A stretch of DNA of 32,000 nt, taken from assembly GCF_000012905.2 (NCBI RefSeq), contig NC_007489.1, positions 60,001-92,000 of the forward strand, given 5' to 3'. The notes beneath the pieces were generated by a model, which saw only the letters and a list, made by a program, of their open reading frames with translations, was not told the origin of the DNA and ran no database searches. The position numbers and the translations under genes were made by a program. Shown here piece after piece: positions 16,434-25,056 of this stretch; the first letter of the stretch is position 1, and the number at the start of each line of letters is the position of its first letter. Source of the stretch: Cereibacter sphaeroides 2.4.1 (lineage in GTDB: Bacteria; Pseudomonadota; Alphaproteobacteria; Rhodobacterales; Rhodobacteraceae).

Positions 16434-19229
16434 ATGACGATCTCTGGGGGCACCTTCGACCCTTCGATCTGCGAGATGGAACCGATCGCCACGCCCGGCG
16501 CGATCCAGCCGCACGGAGCGCTGATGACCGCGCGGGCCGACAGCGGCCGCGTCGCCCATGCCAGCGTCAACTTGGGCGAGATCCTCGGCCTGCCCGCGGC
16601 CTCGGTTCTGGGGGCGCCCATCGGAGAGGTGATCGGGCGCGTCAACGAGATCTTGCTGCGCGAGGCGCGTCGTAGCGGCTCCGAGACGCCGGAAACAATC
16701 GGGTCCTTCCGCAGAAGCGACGGACAGCTGCTGCATCTCCATGCGTTCCAGTCGGGCGACTACATGTGCCTCGACATCGAGCCGGTGCGCGATGAGGATG
16801 GCCGGCTCCCTCCGGGAGCCAGGCAATCGGTTATCGAGACCTTCTCCAGCGCCATGACGCAGGTGGAACTCTGCGAGCTCGCGGTTCACGGGCTGCAGCT
16901 GGTGCTGGGCTATGACCGGGTGATGGCCTATCGCTTCGGCGCTGACGGACATGGCGAGGTTATCGCCGAGCGGCGCCGGCAGGATCTCGAGCCTTACCTG
17001 GGCTTGCACTACCCGGCATCGGACATTCCGCAAATCGCGCGCGCGCTCTACCTGCGCCAGAGGGTGGGTGCCATTGCGGATGCGTGCTACCGGCCGGTTC
17101 CGTTGCTCGGCCATCCCGAGCTCGACGACGGCAAGCCCCTCGACCTGACGCACAGTTCGCTGCGCAGCGTCTCGCCGATCCATCTCGACTACATGCAGAA
17201 CATGCACACGGCGGCCAGCCTGACCATCGGGCTGGCTGACGGCGACAGGCTGTGGGGGATGCTGGTCTGCCACAACACGACCCCTCGTATTGCCGGCCCC
17301 GAGTGGCGGGCGACGGCGGGCATGATCGGGCAAGTGGTCTCGCTGCTCCTGAGCCGGCTGGGCGAGGTCGAGAATGCCGCAGAGACACTGGCCCGGCAGT
17401 CGACGCTCTCGACGCTGGTCGAACGGCTATCGGCCGGCGATACGCTGGCTGCGGCATTTGTCGCGGCAGATCAGCTGATCCTCGATCTGGTCGGAGCCAG
17501 TGCCGCGGTCGTGCGGCTGGCTGGACAGGAATTGCACTTCGGGCGGACGCCGCCGGTCGATGCGATGCAGAAGGCCTTGGACATTCTGGGGCGCCCCTCG
17601 CCGCTGGAGGTGCTGTCCCTCGACGACGTCACCCTGCGCCATCCCGAGCTGCCGGAGCTGCTGGCGGCCGGAAGCGGCATCCTGCTGCTCCCCCTGACAT
17701 CCGGGGACGGAGATCTGATCGCCTGGTTCCGCCCCGAGCATGTGCAGACGATCACCTGGGGTGGCAATCCGGCCGAACATGGCACCTGGAACCCGGCAAC
17801 GCAGCGGATGAGACCGCGCGCCTCGTTCGACGCCTGGAAGGAGACGGTCACCGGCCGCTCGCTTCCCTGGACCTCCGCCGAACGGAGTTGCGCGCGCGAG
17901 TTGGGTGAGGCGATCGCCGCCGAGATGGCGCAGCGAACTCGGGCCGAACTCGCGCGACTGCGCCATTACGACCCGCTGACCGGCCTTGCGAACCGCAGCT
18001 ACCTTCAGGAGCGCCTGGCGCAGGACGGCCAGCCGGCGGCGGCCTTGCTCTTCATCGACCTTGACCGGTTCAAGGCCGTAAACGACTCGATGGGGCACAG
18101 CGTGGGCGACGGGCTGCTGATCGAAGTGGCACGCAGCCTCGTGGCAACCGTGCGTCCCCATGATCTGGTGGTTCGGCTCGGCGGTGACGAGTTTGTTGTG
18201 CTCTGTCACCGACTGGACGCGGCCGGAATCGTCAGCCTCGCCGAGCGGCTGCGGCAAGCGCTCGAGCAGCCCTTCGAGGTTGCTGGCCGCAAATGCCACA
18301 TCTCCGCCAGCATCGGAATCGCAATGGCGGACAGCATCGGCGATCTGGATCTGGTGCGGGCGGCCGACATCGCGATGTATGCCGCCAAGAAGAACGGTGG
18401 CAATCGGGGCGAGCTGTTCCGCCCCTCGCTGTACGAGGAGACGACGCAGCTCGTCGAACTCGACAACGACATGCGCGGAGCAATCGAAAGCGAACAGTTT
18501 CACCTCGTGTATCAGCCGATCTTCGCCCTCAGCCCCGAGGCAGAGAGGCTGGTGGGGTTCGAGGCTCTGCTGCGCTGGGACCATCCGCACCACGGCGCCC
18601 TGCAGCCCGGCATCTTCATCCCGCTTGCGGAAAGACTGGGGCACATCCATGCAATGGGCGACTGGGTCCTGCGCCGCGCGATCCTGCAGCTGCAGGCCTT
18701 CCGATCCGCCGGCCCGGAGCTGGATCTGAAGATGAACGTGAACGTTTCGCCCCGTCAGCTGGCAAAGCCGGACTTCCCGGCGCGTCTCGCCGACTTGCTG
18801 GCGCAGGTGCCCGACCTCCCGCGCCACGCACTTTGCCTCGAGATCACCGAGACGTCCCTGAGCGACGAGGCCGTCTCCGAGGCCTTGATCTCGATCCGGG
18901 CGCTCGGGGTGCGGATCGCCATCGACGATTTCGGCACAGGCTTCTCGTCGTTGGCCTGCCTGCGCCGACTGCCGGTGGATGTTGCGAAGCTGGACCGGGC
19001 CTTTCTCGGCGGCGGTCATACCGCGGCCCAGGACCATAGGTTCTTTGCCGCGGTCACCGGGCTGGTCCATGCGGCGGATCTGAAGGTGGTGCAGGAGGGC
19101 ATCGAGACACTCGATCAGCTTGCCCTCGTTCGCGCGGCCGGGGCTGATTTCGCTCAGGGCTTCCACCTCGCCGCCCCACTCTCCATCGCCGCCGCCCTCG
19201 ACCTGATCGCGGCATCACGAGAGGAATGA
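16434..19229 (+). CDS. bphG: bacteriophytochrome with diguanylate cyclase and phosphodiesterase output (PAS-GAF-PHY-GGDEF-EAL)
   Basis: N-terminal SICEMEPIATPGAIQPHGALM carries the chromophore Cys13 (nt 16470-16472). GAF motifs YRF..DGHGEVIAE, LHYPASDIP, LRSVSPIHLDYMQNM and LWGMLVCHN are present. GGDEF lies at nt 18180-18194 and EAL at nt 18561-18569, followed by DDFGTG..S. GGGGG lies 8 nt upstream of the ATG at 16434. Confidence 0.93.
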   Translation: MTISGGTFDPSICEMEPIATPGAIQPHGALMTARADSGRVAHASVNLGEILGLPAASVLGAPIGEVIGRVNEILLREARRSGSETPETIGSFRRSDGQLLHLHAFQSGDYMCLDIEPVRDEDGRLPPGARQSVIETFSSAMTQVELCELAVHGLQLVLGYDRVMAYRFGADGHGEVIAERRRQDLEPYLGLHYPASDIPQIARALYLRQRVGAIADACYRPVPLLGHPELDDGKPLDLTHSSLRSVSPIHLDYMQNMHTAASLTIGLADGDRLWGMLVCHNTTPRIAGPEWRATAGMIGQVVSLLLSRLGEVENAAETLARQSTLSTLVERLSAGDTLAAAFVAADQLILDLVGASAAVVRLAGQELHFGRTPPVDAMQKALDILGRPSPLEVLSLDDVTLRHPELPELLAAGSGILLLPLTSGDGDLIAWFRPEHVQTITWGGNPAEHGTWNPATQRMRPRASFDAWKETVTGRSLPWTSAERSCARELGEAIAAEMAQRTRAELARLRHYDPLTGLANRSYLQERLAQDGQPAAALLFIDLDRFKAVNDSMGHSVGDGLLIEVARSLVATVRPHDLVVRLGGDEFVVLCHRLDAAGIVSLAERLRQALEQPFEVAGRKCHISASIGIAMADSIGDLDLVRAADIAMYAAKKNGGNRGELFRPSLYEETTQLVELDNDMRGAIESEQFHLVYQPIFALSPEAERLVGFEALLRWDHPHHGALQPGIFIPLAERLGHIHAMGDWVLRRAILQLQAFRSAGPELDLKMNVNVSPRQLAKPDFPARLADLLAQVPDLPRHALCLEITETSLSDEAVSEALISIRALGVRIAIDDFGTGFSSLACLRRLPVDVAKLDRAFLGGGHTAAQDHRFFAAVTGLVHAADLKVVQEGIETLDQLALVRAAGADFAQGFHLAAPLSIAAALDLIAASREE

Positions 19230-19231
19230 CG

Positions 19232-19485
19232 CGGACCGGCGTGGCCTGCCCCATGGGGTGGTCCGGTTTCAATGGTCGTGCATGGCAGGTCTGGGCGCAC
19301 GGTTTCAGCAACGCGTCTCAGAGCCTGGAGTTGAAGCTCTCGCAACATCCGTTCTCCCTGGGACGACCAAGTTCGATGAAGGGCGGTACGGCCGCCGACC
19401 GCGGCGATCCAGGTGCGCACCGCAGTCGCGATGAACTCAGGGCCATAGCATGAGCGCGGGAACCCGAATGCGGAGACGTGAATAC
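19232..19485 (-). mobile_element. rve (integrase-core) DDE transposase C-terminal fragment, IS3/IS481-like
   Basis: Minus frames read CYGPEFIATAVRTWIAAVGG, then after a shift PFIELGRPRENGCCESFNSRL*DALL, then ..KPDHPMGQATP. This matches DNGPEF..AV..W.AAVG..TA.IEPG.PWENGY.ESFNS+LRDELL...RPHS.LG.R.P. It has an internal stop, frameshifts and a deletion, and it abuts the bphG stop codon. Confidence 0.5.
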
Positions 19486-19499
19486 GGGGGCCTGAAAAT

Positions 19500-19525
19500 G
19501 TCAGCTTGATAAAAACGGCGCTGAC
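19500..19525. promoter_or_regulatory. inverted repeat upstream of napK containing a TTGAT half-site
   Basis: GTCAGC-ttgataaaaacggc-GCTGAC lies 49 nt upstream of the first napK ATG. Only one FNR-like half-site (TTGAT) is present. Confidence 0.2.
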
Positions 19526-19573
19526 TGGAAAGCAGGCTTTGCCAAAGGGGAAGGTTACTGTACCATTATCCTT

Positions 19574-19807
19574 ATGCGGTACCAAGGATCATCCAAGGAA
19601 ACCCGCGGTTGGCTTTCCGCATCGATGAGCTTCATGCTCGGGGCCCTTGTCGGGGTGCCGATTGGCATGGTCTGGAGCTGGGTCGACTACGGCAGCTTCC
19701 AGCTTGGGTACATGAGCAATCACGTTCTGGGCTCGGCTTTGCTGGTGGGGCTTCTCGCGCTCGGCATCACGCTGCTGCGTCGCTGGCTTCACCGCAATCC
19801 GATGTGA
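19574..19807 (+). CDS. napK: small membrane protein NapK (start uncertain)
   Basis: It contains two predicted hydrophobic helices (FMLGALVGVPIGMVWSW and LGSALLVGLLALGITLL). It sits directly upstream of napE, as in the napKEFDABC arrangement reported for R. sphaeroides. No good SD precedes 19574; alternative ATGs are at 19625 and 19634. Confidence 0.55.
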   Translation: MRYQGSSKETRGWLSASMSFMLGALVGVPIGMVWSWVDYGSFQLGYMSNHVLGSALLVGLLALGITLLRRWLHRNPM

Positions 19808-19817
19808 GGAGGGGCGC

Positions 19818-20000
19818 ATGGCCGACGAGCCCGCAGGAAACGTGCAGACCGCCCGCGCCGGGCGCCGCCACGAATTGATCGTCTTCTTCTTCCTGGCGGC
19901 CGTGATCTGGCCGTTCCTCTCGGTGGCCTTCGTGGGCGGCTACGGGTTCCTGATCTGGATGTGGCAGATCGTCTTCGGCCCTCCCGGACCGCCGGTCTGA
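19818..20000 (+). CDS. napE: periplasmic nitrate reductase small membrane protein NapE
   Basis: 60 aa with a single TM helix. ELIVFFFLAAVIWPFLSVAFVGGYGFLIWMWQ is typical of NapE. Confidence 0.85.
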   Translation: MADEPAGNVQTARAGRRHELIVFFFLAAVIWPFLSVAFVGGYGFLIWMWQIVFGPPGPPV

Positions 20001-20005
20001 CAGCC

Positions 20006-20488
20006 GTGTCCGTATCCCGCCGCGATCTTCTCGCCGTCCGCCTGACGGATCGCCCCGCCCCCATCCGGCCGCCCTGGACGCGCGAGGCCGACATGGCCCG
20101 CTGCACGGGCTGCGCAGCCTGTGCCGAGGCCTGTCCGGCAGGGATCGTGCGGATGGAGGCAGGCCTTCCCCAGATCGCCTTTGCCGGCACCGAATGCAGC
20201 TTTTGCGGTGCTTGCGCCGAGGCCTGTCCCGCGCCCGTGTTCGACATCGCCCGGCCGGCCTTCGCCCATCTGGCCGCGGTGACGGAGGGCTGCCTCGCGC
20301 AGGATGGCGTGGCCTGCATGGCCTGCGCCGACATCTGCCCCGAGGCGGCGATCCGCCTCCGCCCCCGGATCGGCGGGCCCGCTCTGCCGGAGTTGTCGCC
20401 GAGCCTCTGCACCGGCTGCGGCGCCTGCCTCTCGGTCTGCCCGGCCGAGGCGCTGACGATCCATCTCCGGGAGCCCGCCCATGCGTGA
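20006..20488 (+). CDS. napF: ferredoxin-type iron-sulfur protein NapF
   Basis: It has four Cys clusters: CTGCAACAEACP, CSFCGACAEACP, C..DGVACMACADICP and CTGCGACLSVCP. The GTG at 20006 (VSVSRRDLL) avoids the 40-nt overlap with napE that the track ATG at 19961 would give. Confidence 0.82.
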   Translation: MSVSRRDLLAVRLTDRPAPIRPPWTREADMARCTGCAACAEACPAGIVRMEAGLPQIAFAGTECSFCGACAEACPAPVFDIARPAFAHLAAVTEGCLAQDGVACMACADICPEAAIRLRPRIGGPALPELSPSLCTGCGACLSVCPAEALTIHLREPAHA

Positions 20489-20747
20489 GCCCGAGGCCCA
20501 TATCTCGAGCGCCATCCTGCGCGTGAGGCCCGGCGAGGAGGCCGCTGTCGTCCGGCGCGTAATGGCCGTGCCCGGGTGTGAAGTTGCCGCGGCGGGCGAG
20601 GGACGCCTCGTCGTCCTGATCGAGACCGAGAGCCGGGGCGCCACGGGCGCCGCCCTGACCGAACTGACGCTCCTCGAGGGCGTCCATTCCGCCTGCATGG
20701 TCTACGAGCAGGTGGAGGCCCTGAAGACTCTGGGAGAAAAGGCATGA
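20481..20747 (+). CDS. napD: NapA chaperone NapD
   Basis: 88 aa. [11 protein letters not shown]..., EV...[12 protein letters not shown] and GV.SA.MVY are typical of NapD. It overlaps napF by 8 nt and overlaps napA by ATGA. Confidence 0.88.
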   Translation: MREPEAHISSAILRVRPGEEAAVVRRVMAVPGCEVAAAGEGRLVVLIETESRGATGAALTELTLLEGVHSACMVYEQVEALKTLGEKA

Positions 20748-23239
20748 CCCTCACACGGCGCGATCTCATCAAGGCTCAGGCCGCCGCCACCGCAGCGGCC
20801 GCGGCAGGTCTGCCGGTCTCAGCACTGGCCCAGCCTGTCACGGGCGGGGCGGAGGCCTTGCGGATCCGCTGGTCGAAGGCGCCCTGCCGCTTCTGCGGGA
20901 CCGGCTGCGGCGTCATGGTGGGCACGCGCGACGGGCAGGTGGTTGCGACCCACGGTGACACCCAGGCCGAAGTGAATCGCGGCCTCAACTGCGTGAAGGG
21001 CTATTTCCTGTCCAAGATCATGTATGGCGAGGACCGGCTGACCACGCCGCTTTTGCGCATGAAGGACGGGGTCTACCACAAGGAGGGCGAGTTCGCGCCC
21101 GTCTCGTGGGACGAGGCCTTCGATGTCATGGCAGCCCAGGCCAAGCGCGTGCTGAAGGAGAAGGGCCCGAAGGCCGTCGGCATGTTCGGCTCGGGGCAAT
21201 GGACCATCTGGGAAGGGTACGCGGCCTCCAAGCTCATGCGGGCGGGCTTCCGATCGAACAATCTCGACCCCAACGCGCGCCACTGCATGGCGTCGGCCGC
21301 CACCGCCTTCATGCGCACCTTTGGCATGGACGAGCCGATGGGCTGCTACGATGATTTCGAGGCCGCCGATGCCTTCGTGCTCTGGGGCTCGAACATGGCC
21401 GAGATGCACCCGATCCTCTGGAGCCGGTTGACCGACCGGCGGCTGAGCCACGAGCATGTGCGCGTGGCGGTCCTGTCGACCTTCACCCACCGCAGCATGG
21501 ATCTGGCCGATACGCCCATCATCTTCCGGCCGGGCACCGACCTCGCGATCCTGAACTACATCGCCCACCACATCATCTCCACCGGCCGGGTCAACCGGGA
21601 CTTCGTCGACCGGCACACCAACTTCGCGCTGGGGGCCACCGACATCGGCTACGGGCTGCGCCCCGAGCACCAGCTTCAGCTGGCCGCCAAGGGCGCGGCG
21701 GACGCGGGTGCGATGACGCCGACCGATTTCGAGACCTTCGCCGCCCTCGTTTCCGAATACACGCTCGAAAAAGCGGCAGAGATTTCGGGAGTGGAGCCGG
21801 CGCTGCTCGAGGAGCTGGCCGAACTCTACGCCGATCCGGACCGCAAGGTGATGTCTCTCTGGACCATGGGCTTCAACCAGCATGTCCGCGGGGTCTGGGC
21901 CAATCACATGGTCTACAACCTGCACCTGCTGACCGGGAAGATCTCCGAGCCCGGCAACTCGCCTTTCTCGCTCACCGGCCAGCCCTCGGCCTGCGGCACC
22001 GCGCGCGAAGTGGGCACCTTCGCCCACCGCCTGCCTGCCGACATGGTGGTGACCAATCCCGAGCACCGCGCGCACGCCGAGGAGATCTGGAAGCTGCCCG
22101 CGGGACTTCTCCCCGACTGGGTGGGCGCCCATGCGGTCGAGCAGGACCGCAAGCTCCACGACGGCGAGATCAATTTCTACTGGGTGCAGGTCAACAACAA
22201 CATGCAGGCCGCCCCCAACATCGACCAGGAGACCTATCCGGGATACCGCAATCCCGAGAATTTCATCGTGGTCTCGGATGCCTATCCGACCGTCACCGGC
22301 CGCTGCGCCGATCTCGTGCTTCCGGCGGCCATGTGGGTCGAGAAGGAGGGTGCCTATGGCAATGCCGAGCGGCGCACCCACTTCTGGCACCAGCTCGTCG
22401 AGGCGCCGGGCGAGGCGCGCTCGGATCTCTGGCAGCTCATGGAATTCTCCAAGCGCTTCACGACCGACGAGGTCTGGCCCGAGGAGATCCTCTCGGCAGC
22501 GCCCGCCTATCGCGGCAAGACATTGTTCGAGGTGCTCTTCGCCAACGGCTCGGTGGACCGGTTCCCGGCCAGCGACGTGAACCCCGACCATGCCAACCAC
22601 GAGGCCGCGCTCTTCGGCTTCTATCCGCAGAAGGGCCTCTTCGAGGAATATGCCGCCTTCGGACGCGGCCATGGCCACGATCTCGCTCCCTTCGACACCT
22701 ATCACGAGGTGCGCGGTCTGCGCTGGCCCGTGGTCGAGGGCGAGGAGACCCGCTGGCGCTATCGCGAGGGCTTTGATCCCTATGTGAAGCCGGGCGAGGG
22801 GCTGCGCTTCTACGGCAAGCCCGACGGACGCGCGGTCATCCTCGGTGTGCCCTACGAGCCTCCCGCCGAGAGCCCAGACGAGGAGTTCGGCTTCTGGCTC
22901 GTGACGGGGCGCGTACTCGAGCACTGGCACTCCGGCTCCATGACGCTGCGCGTGCCCGAGCTCTACAAGGCCTTCCCGGGAGCCGTCTGCTTCATGCATC
23001 CCGAGGATGCGCGCTCCCGCGGGCTCAATCGCGGATCCGAGGTGCGGGTGATCTCGCGGCGGGGCGAGATCCGCACGCGGCTCGAGACCCGAGGCCGCAA
23101 CCGGATGCCGCGCGGCGTGGTGTTCGTGCCCTGGTTCGACGCGAGCCAGCTCATCAACAAGGTGACGCTCGACGCGAACGATCCGATCTCGCGGCAGACG
23201 GACTTCAAGAAATGTGCCGTGAAAATCGAGGCGGTGTGA
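20744..23239 (+). CDS. napA: periplasmic nitrate reductase catalytic subunit NapA
   Basis: Twin-arginine signal [15 protein letters not shown]...ALA (RR at nt 20756-20761). The 4Fe-4S motif [10 protein letters not shown]...C is present, and molybdopterin oxidoreductase motifs run throughout the 831 aa. Confidence 0.97.
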   Translation: MTLTRRDLIKAQAAATAAAAAGLPVSALAQPVTGGAEALRIRWSKAPCRFCGTGCGVMVGTRDGQVVATHGDTQAEVNRGLNCVKGYFLSKIMYGEDRLTTPLLRMKDGVYHKEGEFAPVSWDEAFDVMAAQAKRVLKEKGPKAVGMFGSGQWTIWEGYAASKLMRAGFRSNNLDPNARHCMASAATAFMRTFGMDEPMGCYDDFEAADAFVLWGSNMAEMHPILWSRLTDRRLSHEHVRVAVLSTFTHRSMDLADTPIIFRPGTDLAILNYIAHHIISTGRVNRDFVDRHTNFALGATDIGYGLRPEHQLQLAAKGAADAGAMTPTDFETFAALVSEYTLEKAAEISGVEPALLEELAELYADPDRKVMSLWTMGFNQHVRGVWANHMVYNLHLLTGKISEPGNSPFSLTGQPSACGTAREVGTFAHRLPADMVVTNPEHRAHAEEIWKLPAGLLPDWVGAHAVEQDRKLHDGEINFYWVQVNNNMQAAPNIDQETYPGYRNPENFIVVSDAYPTVTGRCADLVLPAAMWVEKEGAYGNAERRTHFWHQLVEAPGEARSDLWQLMEFSKRFTTDEVWPEEILSAAPAYRGKTLFEVLFANGSVDRFPASDVNPDHANHEAALFGFYPQKGLFEEYAAFGRGHGHDLAPFDTYHEVRGLRWPVVEGEETRWRYREGFDPYVKPGEGLRFYGKPDGRAVILGVPYEPPAESPDEEFGFWLVTGRVLEHWHSGSMTLRVPELYKAFPGAVCFMHPEDARSRGLNRGSEVRVISRRGEIRTRLETRGRNRMPRGVVFVPWFDASQLINKVTLDANDPISRQTDFKKCAVKIEAV

Positions 23240-23241
23240 CC

Positions 23242-23706
23242 ATGAGCGTGCATCCCACCCTCCGCTTCCTGGCCACAGCTCTCGTCGCGCTCGGTGCAGG
23301 TGCCGCCTTGGCACAGGACGCGCCACGTCTCACCGGTGCGGACCGGCCCATGAGCGAGGTGGCCGCACCGCCCCTGCCGGAGACCATCACCGACGACCGC
23401 CGCGTGGGCCGCAACTATCCCGAGCAGCCGCCGGTGATCCCGCATTCGATCGAGGGCTACCAGCTCTCGGTCAATGCCAACCGCTGCCTCGAGTGCCACC
23501 GTCGGCAGTATTCGGGCCTCGTGGCAGCGCCGATGATCTCGATCACCCATTTCCAGGATCGCGAGGGGCAGATGCTGGCCGACGTCTCACCACGCCGCTA
23601 TTTCTGCACCGCCTGCCATGTGCCGCAGACCAACGCGCAGCCGCTCGTCACCAACGAATTCCGCGACATGCTCACGCTGATGCCGGCCAGCAACGAGGCG
23701 GAATGA
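23242..23706 (+). CDS. napB: diheme cytochrome c NapB
   Basis: It has a signal peptide ([25 protein letters not shown]) and two CXXCH motifs (CLECH, CTACH). The ATG lies 2 nt after the napA stop. The track start at 23212 lies inside napA. Confidence 0.93.
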
Positions 23707-23707
23707 C

Positions 23708-24391
23708 ATGCGCCTGCCCTCGTTCCTCCGCCGGTTCTGGTCCATCGCCACCTCGCCCTCTAGCTTTCTCAGCGTGGGATTCCTCACCCTCGGAGGCTTC
23801 GTTGGCGGCGTCCTGTTCTGGGGCGGGTTCAACACGGCCCTCGAGGCCACCAACACGGAAGCCTTCTGCACCTCCTGCCACGAGATGCAGTCGAACGTCT
23901 TCGAGGAGCTGACGCGGACCGTCCATTACACCAACCGCTCCGGCGTGCGCGCGGGCTGTCCCGACTGCCATGTTCCGCATGAATGGACCGACAAGATCGC
24001 GCGGAAGATGCAGGCATCGAAGGAGGTCTGGGGCCATCTCTTCGGCACCATCGACACGCGTCGCAAGTTCCTCGACAACCGTCTGCGGCTGGCCGAACAC
24101 GAATGGGCGCGGCTGAAGGCGAACGACTCGCTGGAATGCCGGAACTGTCACTCCGAAGTGGCGATGGACTTCACCCGCCAGACGGACCGCGCGGCGCAGA
24201 TCCACACGCAATATCTGATCCAGACCGAGGGCTATACCTGCATCGACTGCCACAAGGGCATTGCGCATGAGCTGCCCGACATGCGGGGCATCGATCCGGG
24301 CTGGCTTCCGCCGGCAGACCTGCGCGCGTCGCTTCCCGACCATGGGTCGTCGTTCGATCTGGAGGGCGCCCGCGCCTATGTAGCGGACTGA
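23708..24391 (+). CDS. napC: membrane-anchored tetraheme cytochrome c NapC (NapC/NirT family)
   Basis: It has an N-terminal TM helix and four CXXCH motifs (CTSCH, CPDCH, CRNCH, CIDCH). The ATG lies 1 nt after the napB stop. Confidence 0.95.
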
Positions 24392-24531
24392 TACGGATCG
24401 GTCCGTACCGCTGCGCTTGCTGGAGGGGTTATGCCGCCCGGCCGGCGCTCGAGTCCGACTGCGCAAGAGCCTCTTGAACGCTTACGCGCGAAGTGCTCGT
24501 TCGAGAGTGCCTTGAGTCCTTGCAGTGGCGA

Positions 24532-24993
24532 TCAGAAGCAGTCTTCGCGCTGCACGATGATGCGCAATGCTTCGGTCGTTCCGGCTCTGTACTGGTGCTC
24601 GATGCGGGCGCCGAGTTCCAGTGCCGCGCGGAGGTTGGTGGCGCGGCAATTTTGCTGAATTGCATCCGCCCGCGTCGGCAGCGCTTTGCGATCGGAAATG
24701 TCGTAGATGTAGATCAGGGCCCGCTTCTGGGCCACGACTTCGAGCAGCCTGGTGGTCGGATTGATGATGACCGGGCTGCCTGCCGGCATGGCGAGGCTCT
24801 TCAGCAGCCGTTGTCGGCGATCAATGGCTGCCGATTGCAGGGAGGCCAGATAGGTTGCGATCAACCCCGTGATCAGCAGGCATGCCGCGGAGGCATACCA
24901 GCTGTTGCGCAAGGACCAGGTCGCAAGGGTGAAGAGCAGCAGGAGCAATATGACGAAGAACAGCAGGACGATGACGGGGCCGAGATAGATCAT
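24532..24993 (-). CDS. hypothetical membrane protein (two N-terminal TM helices + about 90-aa soluble domain)
   Basis: Hydrophobic segments IYLGPVIVLLFFVILLLLLF and AACLLITGLIATYLASL. It lies 63 nt downstream of the adhesin gene on the same strand. G+C is lower than in nap and the SD is weak. Confidence 0.6.
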   Translation of the reverse strand: MIYLGPVIVLLFFVILLLLLFTLATWSLRNSWYASAACLLITGLIATYLASLQSAAIDRRQRLLKSLAMPAGSPVIINPTTRLLEVVAQKRALIYIYDISDRKALPTRADAIQQNCRATNLRAALELGARIEHQYRAGTTEALRIIVQREDCF

Positions 24994-25056
24994 GAGAAGT
25001 CTGTTTCCGAAGTGACGGCCCGGCGGCGTTCGCAGTGCCTCTGCCAGATACGGGGA

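Noticed and set aside
16335-19166. 332-aa and 579-aa minus-strand ORFs inside bphG
   Set aside because: They are antisense shadows of the phytochrome gene, with low-complexity Arg/Gly-rich translations and no start-site signals.
19961-20005. ATG at 19961 as the napF start
   Set aside because: It would overlap napE by 40 nt. The GTG at 20006 gives the usual SRRDLL-type NapF N-terminus. It cannot be fully excluded.
19767-20772. 306-aa, 327-aa and 252-aa minus-strand ORFs across napE/napF/napD
   Set aside because: They are antisense to recognisable nap genes and their composition is extreme in Arg/Pro/Gly.
20819-23326. 835-aa ORF on the minus strand spanning napA
   Set aside because: It is antisense to a gene with unambiguous NapA motifs. 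Its translation is Arg/Gly/Ala/Pro-rich with no motifs. Long antisense ORFs are expected at this G+C.
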